Shown: positions 10,056 to 19,193, counted from the first letter of the stretch. The stretch: 64,000 bases of DNA from an uncultured Pelagibacteraceae bacterium (GCA_902610585.1 CACLWE010000006.1:9378-73377), one strand, 5' to 3'. Numbers and translations are program-made. The notes: generated by a model from the sequence alone, not told the origin.

Positions 10056-11549
10056 TCAGTCTAGAATAGGCCTATTTTTCGCACTATTCAGCCACGGATC
10101 GACCATTTCATAGTTGTACCCTCCTTGAAATACTAATTCATCACAGTAGGAGCGTGAAATAATCTGGATGCCAGTAGGCACTCGGTTTGAACTAAAGCCA
10201 GAGGGTACGGAAAGGACTGGCAGTTTACCCAACATATTGAATGGGTGAGACATGCACCATGCAAAGTCAGCACATTCTTGTTCTTTGCCATTAATAATGA
10301 CGCGGTCATTAACTATATCAATATCTGCTTTGATTGCTGGTAAGGCATTGGTGGGGCAAATAAATAAATCATATTTTTCCAATATTGGACCAATTTCTTC
10401 ATACATTTTTCCAGTCACCATTGCACTTTCTTCAACGCTATAACCCAAGTGAGCACCAATTTGTTCGTGATAAATTTTTTTATTATTTTTTAGGGAGTCA
10501 ATGTGCATTTCAGTAACACCGCTGAACATTTTTGTGTAATCACTCAGCTGTTCTTTTTCAGAATCTGAAAGCTCAGAAATTTCTTTATAAAAAGAATTTG
10601 CATAATGACTGAAGCAAACCGAATTTACTTCATCTTTTTTCCAATTAAGTTTCACCTCTGTGACCTGACATCCAAGACTTTCAAATTTTTTTAACGCTGT
10701 CAGTGTGTTCTGTTCTACTTCTTTATCAATCTCAAAAAATCCCAAGTCCATTGAATAAGCTATTTTCCAATTTTTAATATTTTCGTAATTTAATGGTAAT
10801 GTTTTTTTTGGACGTAAAGATGTTATGTCTTTTTCGTTTGGTCCACACATAATGTTTTGCATCATTGCAGTATCAACTACTGTTCTTGCGAGTGGTCCTG
10901 TTACGCAGTAAGGGTCATGATTGAATGGATAACTTTGTGCATTTCTTCCATGAGGTGGCTTGAATCCGACTACACCACATGCGCCTGCTGGTATTCTTAT
11001 TGAACCTCCAATGTCACTTCCTGTTGTCAACATTGCACAACCTGAAGCTAATGCAGCCGCACTACCTCCACTTGATCCACCAGGTGTCATATCTAAGTTC
11101 CAAGGATTTCTTGTGACGCCATTTAGTTTCGAGTGACAAAAAGAAGTGAGAGAAAATTCTGGATTGGTTGTGCGACCGTGAAGTATCGCGCCAGAATTGA
11201 CTATTGTTTCAACATCAATGTCAGTTTTCTGTGCGATATTATTCTTGAGAAGCAAACAACCATTACGATTTGGTTGTCCTTTTATATTCACCTCATCTTT
11301 TATTGCTAAAGGTAATCCTTCAAGAGGCAGAACATCATCACTATTGAAAAATTTTTTCTCAGACTCTTTTGCCAGTTCTATAGACTTATCAAAATCAAGA
11401 TGATTAAATGCATTTATCTTAGGATTAATTGTTTCTATTCTTTTAATTACAGCCGACAGTACTTCAACTGGAGATAATTTTTTTTCTTTATACTTCTTTA
11501 ATGTATCTGAAGCGGATAAATAACAAATTTCAATATCAGTATCATTCAT
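10056..11549 (-). CDS. amidase-signature family amidase (GatA-like fold)
   Basis: 497 aa. AS-family glycine/serine-rich motif GGSSGGSAAALASG followed by GSDIGGSIRIPA. Confidence 0.85.
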   Translation of the reverse strand: MNDTDIEICYLSASDTLKKYKEKKLSPVEVLSAVIKRIETINPKINAFNHLDFDKSIELAKESEKKFFNSDDVLPLEGLPLAIKDEVNIKGQPNRNGCLLLKNNIAQKTDIDVETIVNSGAILHGRTTNPEFSLTSFCHSKLNGVTRNPWNLDMTPGGSSGGSAAALASGCAMLTTGSDIGGSIRIPAGACGVVGFKPPHGRNAQSYPFNHDPYCVTGPLARTVVDTAMMQNIMCGPNEKDITSLRPKKTLPLNYENIKNWKIAYSMDLGFFEIDKEVEQNTLTALKKFESLGCQVTEVKLNWKKDEVNSVCFSHYANSFYKEISELSDSEKEQLSDYTKMFSGVTEMHIDSLKNNKKIYHEQIGAHLGYSVEESAMVTGKMYEEIGPILEKYDLFICPTNALPAIKADIDIVNDRVIINGKEQECADFAWCMSHPFNMLGKLPVLSVPSGFSSNRVPTGIQIISRSYCDELVFQGGYNYEMVDPWLNSAKNRPILD

Positions 11550-11601
11550 TACGATTTTTTATTTAAATTTAACAATTATTAAAATATATTGAAAATTATT
11601 T

Positions 11602-12696
11602 ATGATAAGTGAAAAAATCAAAAGTTTAATACAAAGCCAAGATCCACACGCGGGAATGGATCAACTTTTCTTTACAAATTCAGAGATATTTCATGCAAGT
11701 TATGATGCAATTTTCAAAAAACAGTGGGTTTTTCTCACCCATCTCTCGTTCTTTAATCAAAACGATATCTTTACATACAACTTAAATAAAGGATTTATAG
11801 AGATAAAAAAAACAGATGATAATCAACTTTCAATTTCCGCATCTGATCCAAATATTAAATGTCATTTAAAAGTGTATGAGAGTTTAGTATTTATCAATTT
11901 ATCAAACTCTCCCCATTCATTTAGTGAATTCATTAAACCACTTGAACCATACATCAAAATACATGGATTGAATGATGGTAAGATTGCTTTTCAAAAAGAT
12001 TTTATTTTTAATGCTTCACATTTAGCTACAATTCATAATTTCAAAGAATGCGCTCATTGCTGGGGAGGCGAATTTACGCACAAAGATTATCTAAGTGTGC
12101 ATGGTGAAGATTATTGCAATTCTTATGGAGCAGGTGTTGGTTCGGGGATTGAGGCCCCTAAACTTACAAAACGTATTAAAGAATGGACAGAACAAACTTT
12201 AAAAAGAGGTTTATTTGTTGGAGAGTTCAGTGAACATGACTCAAAATATTTTAGAATTGCAGAGCGCACACCTTTACCTGAAGGTATTGCATCAGAAACA
12301 ATGGATGGCAGTTATTCTTGTTCAACATTGATGGGAGATTTTAAGGAGATTGGCGCTGACAATGGTTATACTGCAATTGGTTTCAGCCCATTTAACAGCT
12401 TTGTTGCAAATAACGAATTTGTAATACTTTTTTTATTCTCACCAATTAGTCAAAATAAAACAGTAGTGACCCAATATTGGGTAACTCATAAAGATGCGGA
12501 AGTTGATGTTGATAAAATGATTTTTTTGTGGGACCAAACTTCAACTGAAGATTCCCAGTTATGTGAAATGAATCAAAAAGGAATTGAAAGCAGGTCCTAT
12601 CAGCCTGGCAAATATGGGGATTTAGAGACGAGCTTAGTTCAATATCAGAAATTTTACCTTAATCATTTACAGACACACCTGAACGACTTAGTCTAA
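11602..12696 (+). CDS. Rieske-oxygenase alpha-subunit paralog lacking the Rieske cluster ligands (catalytic-domain-like protein)
   Basis: Alignable by eye with the 3418..4656 protein at both ends (FYTNSNIFSEE.../FFTNSEIFHAS...; CHLKIYEGLIFINLS/CHLKVYESLVFINLS; NQKGL/NQKGI). The CxH...CxxH segment is absent. The second iron His is displaced (ECAHCWGGEFTH). Confidence 0.6.
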   Translation: MISEKIKSLIQSQDPHAGMDQLFFTNSEIFHASYDAIFKKQWVFLTHLSFFNQNDIFTYNLNKGFIEIKKTDDNQLSISASDPNIKCHLKVYESLVFINLSNSPHSFSEFIKPLEPYIKIHGLNDGKIAFQKDFIFNASHLATIHNFKECAHCWGGEFTHKDYLSVHGEDYCNSYGAGVGSGIEAPKLTKRIKEWTEQTLKRGLFVGEFSEHDSKYFRIAERTPLPEGIASETMDGSYSCSTLMGDFKEIGADNGYTAIGFSPFNSFVANNEFVILFLFSPISQNKTVVTQYWVTHKDAEVDVDKMIFLWDQTSTEDSQLCEMNQKGIESRSYQPGKYGDLETSLVQYQKFYLNHLQTHLNDLV

Positions 12697-12714
12697 TCTT
12701 AATTCGAAACCTAT

Positions 12715-14085
12715 ATGGAACTTGCGACACAATCAGAATTTGATGAAGTACTTAATAGTCATCATAATATCCAATATGTAGACGCAATATTTACAGACCT
12801 CTGTGGATATGTGAGGGGAAAAAGATTTCCAGTACTAGAGGCAGATAAAATTTTTTCAGATGGTGTATTGTTACCTTTCTCAGCATTTTATTTAGATGTC
12901 CTCGGTGGCGTAACCAACACGATGAATCTTGGTTGGACTGACGGAGATCCAGATGGGGTTTTAATGCCCGTTAAAAATTCCATAAAGCCCGTCCCTTGGG
13001 ATAGTAAGGTTCTTCAAGTACTAATTTCTATGAGAAAAGAACAGGAAAAATGGGGTGTAATAGAAAATCCGGCGGAAGTTGACCCAAGAAATATTTTAGA
13101 AAAAGTAATGAATAAATTCAAAGGCACCGGATTTAATCCAGTAGTGGCTTTTGAATTAGAGTTTTATTTGTTGGATAAGAAAAGAAATGAGGAAGGCAAG
13201 CCAGTTCCTGCATTAGGTGCAAGTAAAACTCATGTATATGGAATTCCTGATCTTGATATGTTTGGGAATTTATTTAATGAAATTAACGAGAACTGTAAAA
13301 TACAAGATATCCCTGCAACAACAGCTTCAAGTGAATTTGCTGCTGGCCAGTACGAAATTAATTTAAAGCATACCGGTGATCTGCTTAAAGCAGCGGATGA
13401 TGCAGCAATGTTAAGAAGAATAATAAAAGAAACAACTGCAAAGCATGGGTTTGAAGCAACATTTATGGCAAAGCCATTTCTTGAGGAGACTGGAAATGGA
13501 ATGCACCTGCATATTTCAGTGTACGATGATGATGAAAAAAATATTTTTGCAACTAAGAATCGTTACGGAAATGATAAGTTAAAAAATGCTTTAGCTGGTT
13601 TTCAAGAAACTTTTTATGACTCATTTCCAATTTTTATTCCAAATAGAAATGGTTATCGAAGAATACAAACCCGAAATTTTGTTCCTGTAAATAAAAGTTG
13701 GTCTTGGAATCGAAGAGATGTTTCATTGAGAATACCCGCTGGATCAGATAGCGCAAAAAGAATTGAACATCGGGTAGCATCAGCTGATGCAAATCCATAT
13801 CTTGTTTTAGCCTGTATCCTTTCTGGACTTCATCATGGACTTACAAAAAAACTGTCACCAACAGGCCAAGTAAGTTTTGATAACACTGAAGGCGCTGATA
13901 AGACTGCTGATCCTGAAATGCCAAAAAATATGGAGTCAGCACTAAATCGTTTTAAAGAGTCAAAACTTTTATCTAAGTATTTAGGTAAAGAATATCTTGA
14001 TTTATACGTATCAGCCAAAGAAGGTGAATTTGAACATATGGATAACAGTTTTATTCCCTCAGAAGAATACGACTTTTATTTATAG
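12715..14085 (+). CDS. glutamine synthetase-like enzyme (gamma-glutamyl-amine synthetase, PuuA/PauA/GmaS-type)
   Basis: 456 aa. GS catalytic-domain motifs are present (FELEFYL, GQYEINL, GNGMHLHIS, NGYRR, RIEHRV..ADANPYL). Confidence 0.8.
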   Translation: MELATQSEFDEVLNSHHNIQYVDAIFTDLCGYVRGKRFPVLEADKIFSDGVLLPFSAFYLDVLGGVTNTMNLGWTDGDPDGVLMPVKNSIKPVPWDSKVLQVLISMRKEQEKWGVIENPAEVDPRNILEKVMNKFKGTGFNPVVAFELEFYLLDKKRNEEGKPVPALGASKTHVYGIPDLDMFGNLFNEINENCKIQDIPATTASSEFAAGQYEINLKHTGDLLKAADDAAMLRRIIKETTAKHGFEATFMAKPFLEETGNGMHLHISVYDDDEKNIFATKNRYGNDKLKNALAGFQETFYDSFPIFIPNRNGYRRIQTRNFVPVNKSWSWNRRDVSLRIPAGSDSAKRIEHRVASADANPYLVLACILSGLHHGLTKKLSPTGQVSFDNTEGADKTADPEMPKNMESALNRFKESKLLSKYLGKEYLDLYVSAKEGEFEHMDNSFIPSEEYDFYL

Positions 14086-14089
14086 ATTT

Positions 14090-14809
14090 ATGACTGACCT
14101 TCTTTTCAATCAAGATAGTTACTTAAAAGAAACAGAAGCCAGTATTATTGGAGTTGAAGAAAATATAATAAAATTTGATAGAACAATTTTTTATGCAGAG
14201 TCAGGTGGACAACCTGGGGATCAAGGCGAGATTGTATTAAAGGACCAAGTTCTCAAAGTTGTAGACACTAAAAAAGGATCAAAGCCGAATGAAATTTTGC
14301 ATATTGTTGATGGTCCCATCGATCAAAGCTTAATTAATCAATCCGCCGAACTTAAGATCAATTGGGAACTTAGATATGCTCATATGAAAATGCACTCGAG
14401 TTGCCATATTTTGTGTAGCTTAGTTGATGCCCTTATAACAGGCGCGTCGGTTGGAAGTGCTAAATCAAGAATAGATTTTGATGTTGATCCATCAATGCTA
14501 AATAAAGAAGAGTTAAATGAGAAGATTAGGGATATTATTAGTAAAGACTATCCCATAATCATAAATCAAATTACAGGAGATGAACTAAAATCAAATCCTC
14601 ACTTAGCTAAAGGGGCTGCTGTTTCACCTCCAGTTATAGATAACAAAGTACAAACAGTTCAAATTGGTGAGGGAGAAAACATTATCGATCTTCAATGTTG
14701 TGGAGGAACACATTGCCAATCTACAAAAGAAATTGGACCACTTGAGATTGGAAAGATTGAAAATAAAGGTAAAAGAAACAGGCGAATTAATATAAGGTTT
14801 AGTTCATGA
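14090..14809 (+). CDS. AlaX-type alanyl-tRNA-synthetase editing-domain (tRNA_SAD) metal-dependent hydrolase
   Basis: The ATG at 14090 lies 4 nt after the GS-like stop. N-terminal FYAESGGQPGD barrel motif. Zinc motifs H-x3-H (HMKMH, then SCH) and CCGGTHC are present. Confidence 0.75.
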   Translation: MTDLLFNQDSYLKETEASIIGVEENIIKFDRTIFYAESGGQPGDQGEIVLKDQVLKVVDTKKGSKPNEILHIVDGPIDQSLINQSAELKINWELRYAHMKMHSSCHILCSLVDALITGASVGSAKSRIDFDVDPSMLNKEELNEKIRDIISKDYPIIINQITGDELKSNPHLAKGAAVSPPVIDNKVQTVQIGEGENIIDLQCCGGTHCQSTKEIGPLEIGKIENKGKRNRRINIRFSS

Positions 14810-15570
14810 CGGATATTTTAGTCAGTAAAGATGATGGACAAGTTGTAACGCTCACTCTTAATGATGCACCAGCAAATTGCCTGACAATGGAGATGATGTC
14901 AGCAATTAAAATGGAGACAGATCGTATAAACCAATCCAAAGATCACAAACTTGTTATATTTGAAAGTTCAAATGAAAAAATCTTTTGTAGCGGACATAGT
15001 TTTAATGAAGTTCAAGAGATGATTAAAAACAATGATAAGAAATCACAAGAACTTTTATTTGCGGAGTGCTCTGAAATGTTAATGAAAATTAGAACAAGTC
15101 CAAAGATTTTTATTGCTAAGGTAAGAGGTATTGCAACCGCTGGCGGACTTGGATTAGTCAGTATAATGGATTGTGTTTTTAGTTCTAAATCAGCAAGATT
15201 TGCGCTTGGTGGTATAAACTTTAATTTTGGCTGTCATCAACCGTCAGTATCTGTAGCCCGTGCAATATCCTCAAAAAATGTTATGGAATTATTAGTGAGC
15301 GGTCAGCCTCTTAGCGCTCAAAGAGCACAAGAAGCTGGACTCATCAACGAATATTTAGAAGACGACGAATTAGATAAAAGGGTCGAACTATTTTCTCAAC
15401 AAGTTTGTGATCATACACCCGCAGTACTCGCGCTCACGAAAGAAACATTATACAAGCAGTCAGCAATGAAAATTTCAGATGCCTACGACTTTGCAAGTAA
15501 AGCAATGGTTGAAAATCTACAAATGCCTGAAACTAAGAAGGGTATAGATACTTTTTTAAATAAAAATTAA
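14806..15570 (+). CDS. enoyl-CoA hydratase/isomerase (crotonase) family protein
   Basis: 254 aa. ATGA overlap with the AlaX-like gene. Crotonase-like pattern (FCSGHSF..., GIATAGGLGL). Confidence 0.75.
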   Translation: MTDILVSKDDGQVVTLTLNDAPANCLTMEMMSAIKMETDRINQSKDHKLVIFESSNEKIFCSGHSFNEVQEMIKNNDKKSQELLFAECSEMLMKIRTSPKIFIAKVRGIATAGGLGLVSIMDCVFSSKSARFALGGINFNFGCHQPSVSVARAISSKNVMELLVSGQPLSAQRAQEAGLINEYLEDDELDKRVELFSQQVCDHTPAVLALTKETLYKQSAMKISDAYDFASKAMVENLQMPETKKGIDTFLNKN

Positions 15571-16505
15571 CGTTGAATTGAAAATTTTTCTGGTTGGATC
15601 TCTTTTTTAAGAGCAGTCTCTCGTCTGAGAATAAATATTGCTGATAATATAATAAATCCAGCACCGACATAAGTATTCCACGCAGGTATCTCATTCCAAA
15701 TCATATAACCAAATATTATTCCATAAATTAAGCTTAGATATTTCAAAGGTGTAACCAAAGAAACTTCAGCATGCTTAAATGCTGAGGTCAGAGCAAGGTT
15801 TCCAATTCCCCCAAAAATTCCAACAGCTGTTAAAATTCCAAAGTCAAACCAAGATACTGGCATTTTCCATCCTCCAAAAGGAATCGTAAATAAAGATGCA
15901 ATGAAACCAAATAAAGTAAAATACCAAGCAATTAAATAGGAAGGTTCGGTCTCACTTAATAAACGGATTGAAATTGACACCATCGCAAAGAATACACAAA
16001 ATAAAATTGGTAATAACATGTAGACACTAAACTCACTGGATGTTGGATTGATTATGATCAAGACTCCAGCAAAACCAATCACAATTGCAATCCATCTTCT
16101 TACTCTTACAAGTTCACCAAGTATAAATATTGACAGGAGTGTGCTAAAAATTGGTGATGCAAACGTGAGACTTACAGTGGTTGCAAGGGGTAAATAATGA
16201 AGACTTGCATAAACACAAAAAAGTGCAGCTGTTCCTGTGAATGCTCGAATAAACATTAAGCCGGGTTTAGTCGTGTGAAAAAAATTATCCCACCTTTCTT
16301 TAGGCACAACTAGAAAAAGAGGGATCAAGCCTCCTATCATACGTGCCGCAATTACCATACCTATTGAATATTCTGCAGTTGTCCATTTTACTGCTATATC
16401 CATGACGCTGAAACCTGTAACAGATATCAGCATATAGAAAGCGCCCAACTTAATATTATTTCTGTTCATATAGATTTTATTAAAATTTAGATTATCATTA
16501 ATCAA
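15567..16505 (-). CDS. DMT-superfamily (EamA-like) transporter
   Basis: About 10 predicted TM segments with a duplicated EamA-like architecture. An alternative start at 16469 (MNRNNIKLGAFYML) is plausible. Confidence 0.8.
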   Translation of the reverse strand: MINDNLNFNKIYMNRNNIKLGAFYMLISVTGFSVMDIAVKWTTAEYSIGMVIAARMIGGLIPLFLVVPKERWDNFFHTTKPGLMFIRAFTGTAALFCVYASLHYLPLATTVSLTFASPIFSTLLSIFILGELVRVRRWIAIVIGFAGVLIIINPTSSEFSVYMLLPILFCVFFAMVSISIRLLSETEPSYLIAWYFTLFGFIASLFTIPFGGWKMPVSWFDFGILTAVGIFGGIGNLALTSAFKHAEVSLVTPLKYLSLIYGIIFGYMIWNEIPAWNTYVGAGFIILSAIFILRRETALKKEIQPEKFSIQR

Positions 16506-16516
16506 ATTCTAAACCT

Positions 16517-17251
16517 ATGAACATTTGGAAATATTTAATCGCAGCCTCTTTGGGAAACATGATAGCGGGACCTTTAGGCGCACTTGCATTTACTGCAGGT
16601 GCATACTTTCTTGGAAAGAAAACAAACTTTAGAAATCCTGGAGCTAACTTTAATAGTAATCAAGGTGTTTATGCTCTAGGGCTTGTTGTGCTCTGTGCAA
16701 AGTTGGCAAAAGCAGATGGAAGAGTCACTGACGACGAAATAAGAAAATTTAAAAAAATATTTAAAATACCTCAAGAAAATATGAAACAGGTTGGGGCAAT
16801 ATGGAAAGAAGCTGCACAAACCAGTGCAGGATTTGAACCTTATGCTCAGCAATTAAGAGATACTTTCTACCGGACTCCACAAATGTTAGAGCAAGTAGTA
16901 TTAGGCCTATTTGAAATTGGATATGCTGATCATGATTTATCGGCTCCAGAACTGAAATATATAAAAAAAGTTAGCCAGATTTTTGGAATTGATCAAACAA
17001 CGTTCAATAGATTAAGAAATTCTCGACCTGAATTTGTAAAAGAAGACCCGTATAAGGTGCTTGGCGTTTCTAAATCTCAAACATCTGCAGAAATAAAAAA
17101 AGTTTACAGATATCTAGCCCGCAAAAATCATCCTGATATCGTTCGGGCAAAAGGTATTACTGATAAAAGCCTTATTCAAAAAGCAAAAGAAAACTTTCAG
17201 AGAATTAATGATGCATACGAACAAATTTTAAAAATTAGAGGTGAAAAGTAG
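16517..17251 (+). CDS. djlA: DjlA-like co-chaperone (N-terminal TM, TerB-like domain, C-terminal J domain)
   Basis: C-terminal J domain (DPYKVLGV...KKVYRYLARKNHPD). The central part resembles tellurite-resistance TerB. Hydrophobic N-terminus. Confidence 0.7.
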   Translation: MNIWKYLIAASLGNMIAGPLGALAFTAGAYFLGKKTNFRNPGANFNSNQGVYALGLVVLCAKLAKADGRVTDDEIRKFKKIFKIPQENMKQVGAIWKEAAQTSAGFEPYAQQLRDTFYRTPQMLEQVVLGLFEIGYADHDLSAPELKYIKKVSQIFGIDQTTFNRLRNSRPEFVKEDPYKVLGVSKSQTSAEIKKVYRYLARKNHPDIVRAKGITDKSLIQKAKENFQRINDAYEQILKIRGEK

Positions 17252-17310
17252 GCAAAATTCCTATTCTTTTTTATCATTTTTAAATGTGCTTTTAGAGCTA
17301 TAATAATATC

Positions 17311-17460
17311 ATGGAATTTTTAACATTCATTGCTGTATGTGTATTAATTTATCTTGTTTATTTAATTCGACAGGACTTTAAAGATCATTCTGTAAGGATT
17401 GAAAGTCAAATGCAGCGTGTTACTGAAGTTGTTATCAAGAATCAAGAAAAGCAAGAATAA
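17311..17460 (+). CDS. possible 49-aa small membrane protein (MEFLTFIAVCVLIYLVYLIRQDFKDHS...)
   Basis: Hand-translated ORF below the ORF-track cutoff, lying in a 389-bp gap. It has one clear TM segment and a charged tail. No homology was recognised. Confidence 0.25.
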   Translation: MEFLTFIAVCVLIYLVYLIRQDFKDHSVRIESQMQRVTEVVIKNQEKQE

Positions 17461-17658
17461 TTACTTCTTTTTACTCCAATTATTACGTTTTCTATTTCTA
17501 ATTAAAGGCGGATACACACCTGTTGATAGATAAATTTTAATGAATCTGAGTTGTAAAAACCAAATTTTTTTTAACACTTCAATCATTATTTTTGATAATG
17601 CATCTCATTCGCTCTTATTTCAATTCAATTTTTTTACAATTTGACTATAAGTAAACTA

Positions 17659-18264
17659 ATGAGCAATGATATTTCTAATTACAACAACTGGTTAGATGCG
17701 TGGAATGATTTTTACGAAAAAGAAAAAGAATTGGTAGAACTCGATCCTAATGCCGCGCTTGTTTCCTCAGTTGATGCGGACGGAAATCCAAACGCACGTG
17801 TTATACTCATAAAAGATGTATCAAAGAAAGGCTTTGTATTTTATACAAACTATCAGTCTCAAAAAGGTAAAGAACTTTTCCATAATAATAAAGGACACCT
17901 CACATGGTATAGCAGAGTACAAGGTGTTTCTATTCGTATTCAAGGTGAAGTACAAAAGATTGATGATTCGATTTCAGATAATTATTTTGCATCTCGAGAT
18001 CGTAATGCTCAAATTTCAGCAAGTATTTCTAAACAATCAGAAGCGGTTGAAAGCAGAGAAGTTCTTGATGCTGAATTTAAAAAATTTGCTACTGATTATG
18101 AAGGTAAAGAAATACCCAGACCTGATCATTGGGGAGGGGTTATAATACATCCTGAAAAAGTAGAAGTTTGGAAAAGTAGAGATGATTATAAAACAAGACT
18201 TCACGATAGGATTATCTTTACATTATCAAATGATCAATGGACTAAATCAAGACTTTATCCCTAA
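17659..18264 (+). CDS. pdxH: pyridoxamine 5'-phosphate oxidase
   Basis: PNPOx family signatures are present, including C-terminal WGG..I.P..VE.W......RLHDR. The ATG at 17659 is preferred over the TTG at 17641. Confidence 0.85.
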   Translation: MSNDISNYNNWLDAWNDFYEKEKELVELDPNAALVSSVDADGNPNARVILIKDVSKKGFVFYTNYQSQKGKELFHNNKGHLTWYSRVQGVSIRIQGEVQKIDDSISDNYFASRDRNAQISASISKQSEAVESREVLDAEFKKFATDYEGKEIPRPDHWGGVIIHPEKVEVWKSRDDYKTRLHDRIIFTLSNDQWTKSRLYP

Positions 18265-19193
18265 TGACTTACGTAAATATTTCTCAAAATGAGTATGGAG
18301 AAAAAATAAAAAAATCTTCTTTGATCACTCTCGGAGTTGTTCTTTTCTTAATTATCATCAAAGCATTTGCGTATTTCGCTACTGGCTCAATTATAATTTT
18401 GTCATTGCTTGCAGATAGTTTTTTTGATCTCATTATCACTCTGACTACATTTATTTTAGTTAGAATATCATTAAGGAAAAATACTAATGAATACCGTTTT
18501 GGTTACGGTAAAGCTGAAGCATTATCTGCTTTTATAGAGGGAATTGTTATTTTACTCATTTCGATATTCATACTTTATATGGCCTACCAAAACTTTATTG
18601 ATCCTGAAATTACAATTATTAATTCCGAAATAGCACTTATTGTTATTGCAATCTCAATATTTGCCACCCTTATGTTGGTGAGGTTTCAAACAAGAATAAT
18701 GAAAGACACGGCTTCATTAAGCGTAGAGTCAGAAAAGCTTCATTACCTTAGTGATTTATTAACTAATATTGCAGCCTTTGTTGGAATTATGCTTGTAATG
18801 TTTGCTGATTTCTCAAGAGCGGATCCATTAATTGCCGCTTTAATTGCGACCTATATGATCTATACAACAATCGCTATTTTTCAAAAATCAATTGCTGTAT
18901 TAATTGACCGTGAAATTGATGATGATCTCAAGTCTGAGATTTTTGACATTGTAAAAAGCCATAATAAAGTTCTTGGATTTCATGATGTTCGTACTCGTCA
19001 AAGTGGATCGAGTAAAGGTAAGTTTTTTATGCAAATGCACATTGAGGTCTCAGAGCATGTAAGCTTGGAAGAATCGCATAATATTGCTGATCAAGTAGAA
19101 GAAAACATAATTAATAAATTTCCGGATGCAGAAATAATTTTACATGTCGATCCAAGTAATGTTATTGAGGAAAAAGAGTTTGTTGATGCGTAA
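18264..19193 (+). CDS. cation diffusion facilitator (CDF) family metal efflux transporter
   Basis: Six TM segments with a DSFFD motif, plus a C-terminal cytoplasmic domain (HDVRTRQSGS...HVDP). TAATG overlap with pdxH. Confidence 0.85.
   Translation: MTYVNISQNEYGEKIKKSSLITLGVVLFLIIIKAFAYFATGSIIILSLLADSFFDLIITLTTFILVRISLRKNTNEYRFGYGKAEALSAFIEGIVILLISIFILYMAYQNFIDPEITIINSEIALIVIAISIFATLMLVRFQTRIMKDTASLSVESEKLHYLSDLLTNIAAFVGIMLVMFADFSRADPLIAALIATYMIYTTIAIFQKSIAVLIDREIDDDLKSEIFDIVKSHNKVLGFHDVRTRQSGSSKGKFFMQMHIEVSEHVSLEESHNIADQVEENIINKFPDAEIILHVDPSNVIEEKEFVDA

Noticed and set aside
17816-18145. A 109-aa plus-strand ORF in an alternative frame inside pdxH. The same reasoning applies to 45836..46018 and 58217..58402.
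   Set aside because: They are nested out of frame in genes with clear family signatures. Their lysine/isoleucine-rich composition is typical of AT-rich off-frame translation.
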